From contig SVRT01000004.1 of assembly GCA_015064685.1 (NCBI GenBank), positions 55,883 through 119,882 of the forward strand: a stretch of DNA of 64,000 nt, in the 5' to 3' direction. Under the pieces are notes generated by a model. It worked only from the letters and a program-made list of their open reading frames with translations. It searched no databases and was not told the origin of the DNA. Positions 36,976 to 44,439 of the stretch are shown piece after piece. How positions within the stretch are numbered: position 1 is the stretch's first letter; each line of letters opens with the position of its first letter. Both the position numbers and the translations under genes were made by a program. This DNA comes from Oscillospiraceae bacterium. Its GTDB lineage: Bacteria > Bacillota > Clostridia > Oscillospirales > CAG-272.

Positions 36976-37251
36976 ATGAATGAAGCACTCGGAATGGTAG
37001 AGACCAGAGGACTTGTAGCTGCAATCGAGGCAGCAGATGCTATGGTAAAGGCAGCAAACGTACAGCTTATCGGCTCTGAGAAGATCGGTAGCGGACTCGT
37101 ATCCGTTATGGTTCGCGGCGACGTTGGCGCAGTTAAGGCTGCAGTTGAGGCCGGCGGCGCAGCAGCAGCTCGTCTCGGCGAGGTTGTTGCAACTCACGTT
37201 ATCCCCAGACCCCACACAGACGTTAACAAGCTCCTCCCCACACTCGGTTAA
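36976..37251 (+). CDS. BMC-H shell protein (PduA/EutM-like)
   Basis: [29 protein letters not shown]...VIPRPH is a canonical hexamer shell sequence. AAGGAG RBS. Confidence 0.95.
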   Translation: MNEALGMVETRGLVAAIEAADAMVKAANVQLIGSEKIGSGLVSVMVRGDVGAVKAAVEAGGAAAARLGEVVATHVIPRPHTDVNKLLPTLG

Positions 37252-37273
37252 TTTTTGTAAGACAAAAATTAAC

Positions 37274-37382
37274 GTGAAATTTGTCCTTTGGACAAGTGAA
37301 ATATTGCTACGCAATGTGAAATACGCCTTCGGCGTGTGAAATGTCGCTTGCATACAAGCTACATGAATATTTGCGAACGCAA
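37274..37382 (+). repeat. array of five GTGAAAT + variable hairpin units between two shell genes
   Basis: GTGAAAT-TTGTCCtttGGACAA, GTGAAAT-ATTGCtacGCAAT, GTGAAAT-ACGCCttcGGCGT, GTGAAAT-GTCGCTTGcataCAAGCTAC, ATGAATAT-TTGCgaacGCAA. It is preceded by the hairpin TTAATTTTTGT-aag-ACAAAAATTAA (37248-37272). Confidence 0.85.
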
Positions 37383-37428
37383 CGGGAAGCTTGTCCAAGG
37401 GCAGATCAATCTATTTAGGAGACAGGCT

Positions 37429-37710
37429 ATGGAAAATGCAATTGCATTGCTTGAGGTTCAAGCTATGGTAACGGCTATCGTCGGTCTTGACGCTATGGTC
37501 AAGGCTGCTAACGTAAAGCTCATCCACGTTGAAAAGCGTCTGGGTGGCAGACTCGTTACGGTCGTCGTTGAAGGCTCAGTCTCGGCTGTCACTGCCGCAC
37601 TTGAGGCGGGAGTCGAGGCCGCCAAAGCTGTCGGTCGTGTTGCGTGCGCAGAGGTAATCGCACGTCCGCATGCCGACATTATGAGATTTATTAAAACCGA
37701 TAAGGTTTGA
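37429..37710 (+). CDS. BMC-H shell protein
   Basis: ATG at 37429 (TAGGAGAC RBS). [32 protein letters not shown]...VIARPH. The track start at 37336 is a GTG inside the hairpin array. Confidence 0.9.
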   Translation: MENAIALLEVQAMVTAIVGLDAMVKAANVKLIHVEKRLGGRLVTVVVEGSVSAVTAALEAGVEAAKAVGRVACAEVIARPHADIMRFIKTDKV

Positions 37711-37823
37711 GTTGAATTTTTCCGTCTTACGGCGTTGCTCCTCAAAAGCGGCTCGACTTACGCAGGTAAGTCATCACCCGGGCTTTTGCGGTGCGCCTTG
37801 TCAGGCGAAAAAAATTCCAACTC
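37709..37823 (+). repeat. multi-hairpin intergenic cluster closed by a long-range stem
   Basis: GAGTTGAATTTTT ... AAAAATTCCAACTC encloses the hairpins CCGTcttACGG, GACTTACgcagGTAAGTC, CAAAAGC...GCTTTTG and CGCCTtgtcAGGCG. Confidence 0.7.
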
Positions 37824-37895
37824 AATTAACAACAAAAAAATCGGGTTATTCCCGTTAAAATTTAAAAAAATTTATCCAAAAAGGAGATTTTAACT

Positions 37896-38171
37896 ATGAA
37901 CGAAGCATTAGGAATGGTTGAGACCAGAGGTCTCGTAGCAGCGATCGAGGCAGCAGATGCTATGGTTAAGGCTGCAAACGTACAGCTTATCGGCTCTGAG
38001 AAGATCGGTAGCGGACTCGTTTCCGTTATGGTTCGCGGCGACGTTGGCGCTGTAAAGGCTGCTGTTGAGGCAGGCGGCGCAGCTGCAGCTAACCTCGGTG
38101 AGGTTGTTGCAACTCACGTTATTCCCCGTCCTCACACCGACGTTAACAAGCTTCTCCCCACACTCGGCTAA
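37896..38171 (+). CDS. BMC-H shell protein (near-identical paralog of 36976-37251)
   Basis: 91 aa differing from the 36976 product at one residue in the given translations (ARLGE vs ANLGE). The DNA differs at many synonymous sites. Confidence 0.95.
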   Translation: MNEALGMVETRGLVAAIEAADAMVKAANVQLIGSEKIGSGLVSVMVRGDVGAVKAAVEAGGAAAANLGEVVATHVIPRPHTDVNKLLPTLG

Positions 38172-38189
38172 TATAAGTCGAAGCAAGTG

Positions 38190-38295
38190 GCGCGCTTTGC
38201 GCGCAACGCGTTTCCTGCCCGATCTTCGGGCAGGAAACGGGAGATTGTTTCAATATGAAGATTACCGAGCCCTATCGGCACGCTTCATATTGAAA
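38190..38295 (+). repeat. three strong hairpins between shell gene and pduL
   Basis: GCGCGCtttGCGCGC (38190-38204). GTTTCCTGCCC-gatcttc-GGGCAGGAAAC (38210-38238). TTTCAATATGAAG...CTTCATATTGAAA (38248-38295). None is followed by a U-tract. Confidence 0.75.
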
Positions 38296-38327
38296 TAATC
38301 GTACTTTAATCGAAAGGAAACAGAAAA

Positions 38328-38999
38328 ATGAGCATTTCAAATGTTGAGATCGAAGCTATCGTCAAAAAAATAGTTTCCGAAATGAACGGCGGCTCTCAGA
38401 ATGCCTCCTCACCCGCAAAAACCGGCTACGAAATTCCCGTTGGAATCTCCAACAGACACATTCATCTGACACAGGAGCATCTTGAGATACTTTTCGGCAA
38501 GGGATATACCCTTACACACTTAAAGGATCTCTCCCAGCCCGGTCAGTACGCTTGCAAGGAGACCCTCACCATCGTCGGTCCCTCCATGCGCTCGATCGAG
38601 GGTGTTCGCGTGCTCGGTCCTCTCCGTCGCGCAAGCCAGGTAGAGATCTCGGTCACGGATTCCTACGTTCTCAAGGTCAAGCCCCCCGTCCGTGAGTCGG
38701 GTAAGCTCCAGGGCTCCGCTCCCATCACCATCATAGGTCCTAAGGGTATAGTTCAGCTTAGTGAGGGCTGCATAATCGCAAACCGTCACATCCACATGTC
38801 TCCCGACGATGCCGCTCACTTTGGCGTTAAAGACGGAGATTACATCGACGTTGATGCTACTACGGGAACAAAGCGCACACGCTGGTTTGACGTTCAGGTC
38901 CGCGTTCACAAGGACTTCCGTCTTGAAATGCACGTTGATACAGACGACGCGAACGCAGTTGGATTCAAGAACGGATCTACCGTTGTCCCGGTCAAATAA
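38328..38999 (+). CDS. pduL: phosphate propanoyl/acetyltransferase PduL with N-terminal encapsulation peptide
   Basis: Two PduL repeats (PVGISNRHIHLTQEHLEILFG and IIANRHIHMSPDDAAHFGVKDGD). N-terminus ISNVEIEAIVKKIVSEM. Confidence 0.9.
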   Translation: MSISNVEIEAIVKKIVSEMNGGSQNASSPAKTGYEIPVGISNRHIHLTQEHLEILFGKGYTLTHLKDLSQPGQYACKETLTIVGPSMRSIEGVRVLGPLRRASQVEISVTDSYVLKVKPPVRESGKLQGSAPITIIGPKGIVQLSEGCIIANRHIHMSPDDAAHFGVKDGDYIDVDATTGTKRTRWFDVQVRVHKDFRLEMHVDTDDANAVGFKNGSTVVPVK

Positions 39000-39017
39000 T
39001 TATTTGAGGTAAAGAAG

Positions 39018-39278
39018 ATGTTAAGAGGAAAAGTAATAGGAAATATCGTTTCGACAAACAAGCTCGACAAGCTCGTTGGCTTTAAGTTCCTTGAAATACA
39101 GCTTATCGAAAACACAAAGCTCACAGACAAGTACATCGTCGCAGTTGACCGTACTGTAAGCGCGGGAATCGGCGAAGAAGTTCTTATCACGACCGGAAGC
39201 GGTGCGAGAATGGCACTTTGCGACGAGAGCTGCCCGATCGACGCTGTCGTCGTCGGAGTTGTCGACAAAAATCAATAA
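39018..39278 (+). CDS. BMC-P pentameric vertex protein (EutN/CcmL/PduN family)
   Basis: 86 aa. MLRGKVIGNIVSTNKLDKLVGFKFLEIQ...AVVVGVVD is typical of the EutN family. Confidence 0.9.
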   Translation: MLRGKVIGNIVSTNKLDKLVGFKFLEIQLIENTKLTDKYIVAVDRTVSAGIGEEVLITTGSGARMALCDESCPIDAVVVGVVDKNQ

Positions 39279-39369
39279 TCAATTGCAAAATAAACCCGTT
39301 GTTTATTTTTGATTTAAAAAGCACAAAAATCATAAACTGTAAACCGTTTTTACGGCGAAAGGCAGGCAA

Positions 39370-40692
39370 ATGTCAAACATAGATCTTAAGGCATTGCTGC
39401 AGAATGCAGGCATCGTAGGTGCGGGCGGCGCAGGCTTCCCTACCTATGCAAAGCTCTCGGACGACGCGGATCTTCTCTGTGTCAACTGCTCCGAGTGTGA
39501 GCCTTTGATGTATACCGACTTCATCCTCAACCGCGAGGAGATGACGAAAATAGTCAAGGGTGCCGAGCTCATTATGGCGGCAAGCAACATAAAGCATACA
39601 TATCTTGCGATCAAGGTCCATCGCGCCGAGGCGCTCGGATATGACGACGGTCAGGTGCTTGGAGAAAACGTCTCGGTAAAGTATCTGCCGAGCGTCTACC
39701 CCATCGGTGACGAGATCGGACTTATCTACGAGACCACGGGAAGACTTATCAAGGCGGGCAACCTACCGATAACCAAGGGAGTTATCGTTATGAACGCCGA
39801 GACGGTCTACAACGTCTACGAGGCGATCGCAAACGGACGCCCCGTGACCGAAAAGTGGGTCACAGTTGCGGGCGATATTCCCGAAAAATTCTTAATAAAG
39901 ACACCCATCGGCATGAGAGTGTCGGAAATTCTTAGAAAGCTCGGCATCAAGGTCGACTCGGATCACGTTATGATCGAGGGCGGACCCTCTATGGGCTCTA
40001 TCGTCTCTCCCGACAAGGCTGTCATCAGAAAAACGACGAAATCAATCCTTATTCTCCCCAAGACCACGCGTTGCGTTGAGAATAAGCAGACGAACATAGA
40101 CGATATGCTCCGTCGCGCCGCATCCGCGTGCTGCGGATGCACAAGATGCACTGAGATGTGCCCCCGATATCAGCTTGGATACCCCATCGAGCCTCATAAG
40201 CTCATCCGCGCCGCTCTCAACAGCGCCGCAACCGATTATCCCGAGCTTATCGCGACCGCATCGCTCTGCTGCTCCTGCGGAGTCTGCGCAGAGGTCTGCT
40301 GTCAGGACATCTCCCCGAAGGACGTTATTTTGAGCCTCAAGGGAATCCTCGCGAAGAATAAGATAAAGTTCGTCGCGGACAAGGATTATCCCGTCAATTC
40401 CGACCGTCCTTACCGTATGATCCAATCGGGCAAGTGGAAGGATATGCTCGGAGTACTTAAATTTGACGCTATCCCGACATACGTTCCAAAGAAAATGAAG
40501 GCGGAGCGAGTGGAGATACTCACCTCCCAGCACATCGGTGCGCCGTCTATCCCCTCCGTCAAGGTCGGAGACACGGTAAAGGAGGGCGACCTCATCGCCA
40601 CTGCGGGACAGGGACTCTCTGTTCCTCAGTACGCATCGATCTCGGGTAAGGTCGTATCCTGCGACCCCACCAAGATCGTAATAGAAGCATAA
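39370..40692 (+). CDS. PduS-like / RnfC-like flavin and 4Fe-4S oxidoreductase
   Basis: GIVGAGGAGFPTYAKL (NuoF/RnfC-type nucleotide site). Two ferredoxin motifs (CCGCTRCTEMCP and CCSCGVCAEVCC). C-terminal barrel-sandwich-like KVGDTVKEGDLIA. Confidence 0.8.
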   Translation: MSNIDLKALLQNAGIVGAGGAGFPTYAKLSDDADLLCVNCSECEPLMYTDFILNREEMTKIVKGAELIMAASNIKHTYLAIKVHRAEALGYDDGQVLGENVSVKYLPSVYPIGDEIGLIYETTGRLIKAGNLPITKGVIVMNAETVYNVYEAIANGRPVTEKWVTVAGDIPEKFLIKTPIGMRVSEILRKLGIKVDSDHVMIEGGPSMGSIVSPDKAVIRKTTKSILILPKTTRCVENKQTNIDDMLRRAASACCGCTRCTEMCPRYQLGYPIEPHKLIRAALNSAATDYPELIATASLCCSCGVCAEVCCQDISPKDVILSLKGILAKNKIKFVADKDYPVNSDRPYRMIQSGKWKDMLGVLKFDAIPTYVPKKMKAERVEILTSQHIGAPSIPSVKVGDTVKEGDLIATAGQGLSVPQYASISGKVVSCDPTKIVIEA

Positions 40693-40732
40693 ATCGGCAT
40701 TATCGCATTAATATAGAAAGGTATACATCAGA

Positions 40733-41278
40733 ATGTATCAGGCAGTTGGTGTAATTGAGCTTAAAAGCATTTCAAAGGGTATAGAGGCGACCGACGCGGC
40801 TCTCAAGAGCGCGGGCGTTACCCTCATTTCCGCTCGCGCGGCTTGTCCAGGCAAGTTTGAGATGATCCTCACGGGTACTATATCAAACGTGACGAGCGCG
40901 GTCGAGCACGTCAAGAGCCGCTTTGACGACAAGCTCGTTGACGTCTCCATTATGGGACGTATCGACGAGCAGGTCATCACCGCTCTTTTCGGCACGGTAC
41001 TTACGGAAAAGAAAGGAAGCCTCGGCGTAATAGAGACCTTCTCTGCTGCTTCCATCATCAAGGCGGCTGATATCGCCGTCAAGACTGCAAAGGTCGAGAT
41101 ATTCGAGCTTCGCGCCTCCCGCGGTATGGGCGGCAAGGGCATTTGCCTTATCACCGGCGAGGTCGGCGACGTGACCGCCGCAGTCGAGGCAGGAAGCCAG
41201 CACGCAAAGGATCAGGGCGTTTTCTGCAACAGCGCAGTTATTCCCGCCCCCCACGAGCTTCTCTGGAGTCAGATCTAA
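40733..41278 (+). CDS. BMC-T tandem-domain shell protein (PduT-like)
   Basis: Two BMC domains in 181 aa (AVGVIELKSISKGIEATDAALKSAGV and SLGVIETFSAASIIKAADIAVKTAKV). Cys in ARAACPGKF sits where PduT binds its Fe-S cluster. Confidence 0.85.
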   Translation: MYQAVGVIELKSISKGIEATDAALKSAGVTLISARAACPGKFEMILTGTISNVTSAVEHVKSRFDDKLVDVSIMGRIDEQVITALFGTVLTEKKGSLGVIETFSAASIIKAADIAVKTAKVEIFELRASRGMGGKGICLITGEVGDVTAAVEAGSQHAKDQGVFCNSAVIPAPHELLWSQI

Positions 41279-41280
41279 GG

Positions 41281-41326
41281 GGATGCGAGAGGATGCGAGG
41301 GGATGCGAAGGGATGCGAGGAGATGC
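41281..41326. repeat. 10-bp tandem repeat GGATGCGAGG x ~4.5
   Basis: GGATGCGAGA GGATGCGAGG GGATGCGAAG GGATGCGAGG AGATGC, starting 3 nt after the PduT-like stop. Confidence 0.9.
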
Positions 41327-41330
41327 ATTT

Positions 41331-41602
41331 GGGGAACTTTTTTAGGAAAAGTTCCCCAAGCCCCTCAAAACCTTCCAAAAAATTGGTTTGGTTTAAGACT
41401 TTTTATTGAACTAAACCGTGTAGCACTTGCATAGTCTCTCTGCTACCGTGTTGCAAGTGTATTTTGAGTCGTTAAATTAATAAATTAATAAATTAATAAA
41501 TTAATAAATTAATAAATTAATAAATTAATAATAGAGACCTCCTCGGAGTCCTTTTCAGGAAAGTTTTTGGAGGTTTGGAACCTTTTTTCAAAAAGGTTCC
41601 AA
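41331..41602 (+). repeat. type V long palindromic element / leader L1 upstream of the GRE gene
   Basis: Left end GGGGAACTTTTTTAGGAAAAGTTCCCC + CCCCTCAAAACCTTCC. Right end GGAAAGTTTTTGGAGG + TTGGAACCTTTTTTCAAAAAGGTTCCAA. The ends are mutually inverted. It is paralogous to 44163-44412. Confidence 0.75.
41474..41530. repeat. octanucleotide microsatellite (AAATTAAT) x7
   Basis: Seven perfect tandem AAATTAAT units inside leader L1, about 85 nt upstream of the GRE start. Confidence 0.95.
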
Positions 41603-41614
41603 GAAAGGCTTCTT

Positions 41615-44146
41615 ATGAGTCAAATTAAATTTGTTATTGAAAAAAGCCCGAGAATACAGAGGCTTATAGATCATTTATACGCAAAGATGCCCGAGATCGA
41701 GGCAGACCGCGCCGAGCTTATAACCGAGAGCTACAAGGCAACGGAGGGTCTTCCGATCATCAGGCGCCGTTCTGCCGCGTTCAAGCACATTATGGAGAAT
41801 ATTCCGATAGTCATCCGTCCCGAGGAGCTTATCGTGGGTAGTAACTCGATAGCTCCCAGAGGATGCCAGACCTTCCCCGAGTATTCGTTTGAGTGGCTTG
41901 AAAAGGAGTACGACACCGTTGCCACACGTGAGGCTGACCCCTTCTACATCTCTCCCGAGACCGTCGAGAGACTCAAGAAGGTCTACCCTTACTGGAAGGG
42001 CAAGACCGTCAGCGATCTCGCGGCGCAGAGCATGGACGAGAAGGTGCTTGACGTATTCCTCAATCACGGCATTTTCACGGTAGGAAACTACTTCTACAAC
42101 GGAATAGGACACATAAACGTAGATTACGCGAAGGTTATTAACTCGGGTCTTGAGGGCGTAATGGCAGAGTGCCGCGAGGCTCTCTCAAAGCTCTACATAG
42201 GCAGCGGAGATTATCTGCGCCGCAAGGCTTTCCTTGAGTCGGCGATCGAGAGCTGCGAGGCTGTAATTACCTATGCTAAGAGATACAGCGCACTCGCGAA
42301 AAAGGAAGCCGACGCTTGCAGTGACTCTACCCGTCGCGCAGAGCTTATCCGCATAAGCGAGACCTGCGCTCACGTTCCCGCAAAACCCGCGCGCTCCTTC
42401 TACGAGGCTTGCCAGGCGTTCTGGTTCATTCAGCAGCTCCTTCAGTGTGAGTCGAGCGGACACTCGATCTCTCCCGGACGCTTTGACCAGTATATGTATC
42501 CTCTCTTCAAAAAGGACATTGACAGCGGCAAGGAAACCCTTACGTCCGCTCAGGAATATATCGATTGCATCTGGGTCAAGCTCAATGACCTTAACAAGGT
42601 CCGCGACGCGGCTTCCGCAGAGGGATTTGCGGGCTACGGTCTCTTCCAGAACCTCATCGTAGGCGGTCAGGACGAGGACGGTGTTGACGTTACAAACGAG
42701 CTTTCCTATATGTGCATGGAGGCGACGGTTCACGTTCGTCTTCCTCAGCCCTCTCTTTCCATCCGCGTATGGAACAAGACCCCCCACGATCTTCTCATCA
42801 AGGCGGCGGCGGTCACACGCGAGGGCTTGGGTGTTCCCGCATTCTATAACGACGAGGTCATCATCCCCTCGATCATGTCGAGAGGTCTTACCCTTCAGGA
42901 TGCGCGCGACTACTGTATAATCGGTTGCGTTGAGCCTCAGAAGGGCGCAAGAACAGACGGCTGGCACGATGCGGCATTCTTCAATATGTGCCGTCCGCTC
43001 GAGCTTGTATTTTCTAACGGATACGACAAGGGCGAGCTTATCGGTCTCCAGACCGGTGACGTCGAGAAGATGACCACATTCGAGGAATTCTTCGAGGCTT
43101 ACAAGGCTCAAGAGCTTTATATGATAGAAATGATGGTCCACGCCGACAACGCGGTCGACTACGCGCACAGCGTTCGCTGTCCTCTCCCCTTCCAGTCCTG
43201 CCTCTGCAACGACTGTATCGAGCGCGGAATCTCGCTCCAGGAGGGTGGCGCGCACTACAACTTCACAGGACCTCAGGGCTTCGGTATCGCAAATATGACT
43301 GACGCGCTCCTCGCTATGAAGACACTCGTATTCGAGGAAAAGAAGGTCACAATGGCGGAGATGAAGCAGGCGCTTGCCGACAACTTCGGCAAGGGACTTA
43401 TCCCCAAGAAGGCGCTTGAGCTTACGACCGAGGTTGCCCGTCAGCTCGATGCTAACGGCATACAGGTAAACGAGGATATGATCCGCGCGATCTATCAGAA
43501 CATCACGACCGCCGAGAGCGTTCCCGCCGACAGAAAGGCGAGATATCAGGAGATACTTGATATGATCGCTGCTCTTCCCAAATACGGAAACGACATTCCC
43601 GAGGTAGACGCGTTCGCACGCGAGGTCGGAAACACGTACACAAAGCCCTTTGAAAACTTCACAAACAACCGCGGCGGTATGTTCCAGGCAGGTCTTTACC
43701 CTGTTTCGGCTAACGTTCCGCTCGGATATCAGACCGGCGCAACGCCTGACGGCAGACTTGCTTACACTCCCATTGCGGACGGTGTAGGCCCCGCTTCGGG
43801 CAGAGACGTCAAGGGTCCGACCGCAACGGCTAACTCCGTCGCGCGTCTCGACCACGGTATCGCCTCAAACGGTACTCTCTTTAACCAGAAATTCCACCCC
43901 TCCGCGCTCGCGGGTATGGGCGGACTTGAAAAATTCGTCGCTTACCTTCGCGGTTACTTCGACCAGAAGGGTATGCACGTTCAGTACAACGTAGTTTCTA
44001 AGGAAACATTGCTCGACGCGCAGAAGAACCCCGAAAAGTATAAGACCCTCGTGGTCCGCGTCGCAGGCTACAGCGCACTCTTTACTACCCTTTCCCGTTC
44101 GCTCCAGGACGACATCATCAACCGTACCGAGCAGGCGGGATTGTGA
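41615..44146 (+). CDS. glycyl radical enzyme, diol-dehydratase-like (probable 1,2-propanediol dehydratase)
   Basis: Glycyl radical motif VVRVAGYSALF near the C-terminus. Thiyl loop IIGCVEPQ with Glu at Cys+2 and Asp at Cys+14 (HDAA), as in B12-independent diol/glycerol dehydratases. ATG at 41615; the upstream TTG extension is translation of a palindrome. Confidence 0.85.
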   Translation: MSQIKFVIEKSPRIQRLIDHLYAKMPEIEADRAELITESYKATEGLPIIRRRSAAFKHIMENIPIVIRPEELIVGSNSIAPRGCQTFPEYSFEWLEKEYDTVATREADPFYISPETVERLKKVYPYWKGKTVSDLAAQSMDEKVLDVFLNHGIFTVGNYFYNGIGHINVDYAKVINSGLEGVMAECREALSKLYIGSGDYLRRKAFLESAIESCEAVITYAKRYSALAKKEADACSDSTRRAELIRISETCAHVPAKPARSFYEACQAFWFIQQLLQCESSGHSISPGRFDQYMYPLFKKDIDSGKETLTSAQEYIDCIWVKLNDLNKVRDAASAEGFAGYGLFQNLIVGGQDEDGVDVTNELSYMCMEATVHVRLPQPSLSIRVWNKTPHDLLIKAAAVTREGLGVPAFYNDEVIIPSIMSRGLTLQDARDYCIIGCVEPQKGARTDGWHDAAFFNMCRPLELVFSNGYDKGELIGLQTGDVEKMTTFEEFFEAYKAQELYMIEMMVHADNAVDYAHSVRCPLPFQSCLCNDCIERGISLQEGGAHYNFTGPQGFGIANMTDALLAMKTLVFEEKKVTMAEMKQALADNFGKGLIPKKALELTTEVARQLDANGIQVNEDMIRAIYQNITTAESVPADRKARYQEILDMIAALPKYGNDIPEVDAFAREVGNTYTKPFENFTNNRGGMFQAGLYPVSANVPLGYQTGATPDGRLAYTPIADGVGPASGRDVKGPTATANSVARLDHGIASNGTLFNQKFHPSALAGMGGLEKFVAYLRGYFDQKGMHVQYNVVSKETLLDAQKNPEKYKTLVVRVAGYSALFTTLSRSLQDDIINRTEQAGL

Positions 44147-44162
44147 TTGGGAAGGAGGCGTT

Positions 44163-44412
44163 CGAGAACCCTTTTTTGAGGAAAAAGGGTTCTCGAGCTC
44201 TCCCAAAAACCTTCAAGCATATTTTATTTCAGCTAAGACGGATTATCGATTTATACCGTGGCGCACGTGCGTAGCTCTCGGGCTTACGTGTTGCGAATCA
44301 AATTGTTATTATTGCTCTTTACGGTCAATATCCGCTTTCACGGGAAAGTTTAGCTTTGTCCGTTTGAAAGTTTTTGGAATTCTTAAAACCTTTTTTCCAA
44401 AAAGGTTTTAAG
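44163..44412 (+). repeat. type V long palindromic element / leader L2 upstream of the activase gene
   Basis: Left end CGAGAACCCTTTTTTGAGGAAAAAGGGTTCTCG + CTCCCAAAAACCTTCAA. Right end TTGAAAGTTTTTGGAAT + CTTAAAACCTTTTTTCCAAAAAGGTTTTAAG. It shares a central ACCGTG.NGCAC.TGC.TAG block with L1. Confidence 0.75.
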
Positions 44413-44439
44413 CCGTCGGAGACAAGAAAGGAGGCTGTC

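Noticed and set aside
39279-39369. Degenerate solo element between the BMC-P and PduS-like genes (AATTGCAAAATAAACC...GTTTATTTTTGATTT)
   Set aside because: It only loosely resembles the termini. It is AT-rich, so chance similarity is plausible, and it is not confident enough to list as a copy.
41567-41614. N-terminal extensions of the GRE (TTG at 41567) and activase (TTG at 44374) ORFs
   Set aside because: The extensions MEVWNLFSKRFQ and MEFLKPFFQKGF are translations of the AACCTTTTTT/AAAAAGGTT palindromes. Proper starts with RBS exist at 41615 (ATG) and 44440 (GTG, AAGGAGG).
42185-43855. 556-aa minus-strand ORF
   Set aside because: It is antisense to the glycyl radical enzyme gene, which carries unmistakable motifs. 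Its composition (Arg/Val/Leu-rich) is typical of shadow ORFs in GC-biased coding DNA. The same reasoning rejects 28988-30130 (antisense to metG/nagA), 31736-32689 (antisense to ackA), 23466-24419 (antisense to the vWA gene), 56843-57991 (antisense to the P-type ATPase) and 33024-33872.
41615-44146. Calling the GRE a choline trimethylamine-lyase (CutC)
   Set aside because: The locus has a class II aldolase and no choline-related genes. The Cys loop context (GCVEP...HDAA, with Asp at Cys+14) looks like the diol/glycerol dehydratase type. I cannot fully exclude other substrates without phylogeny.
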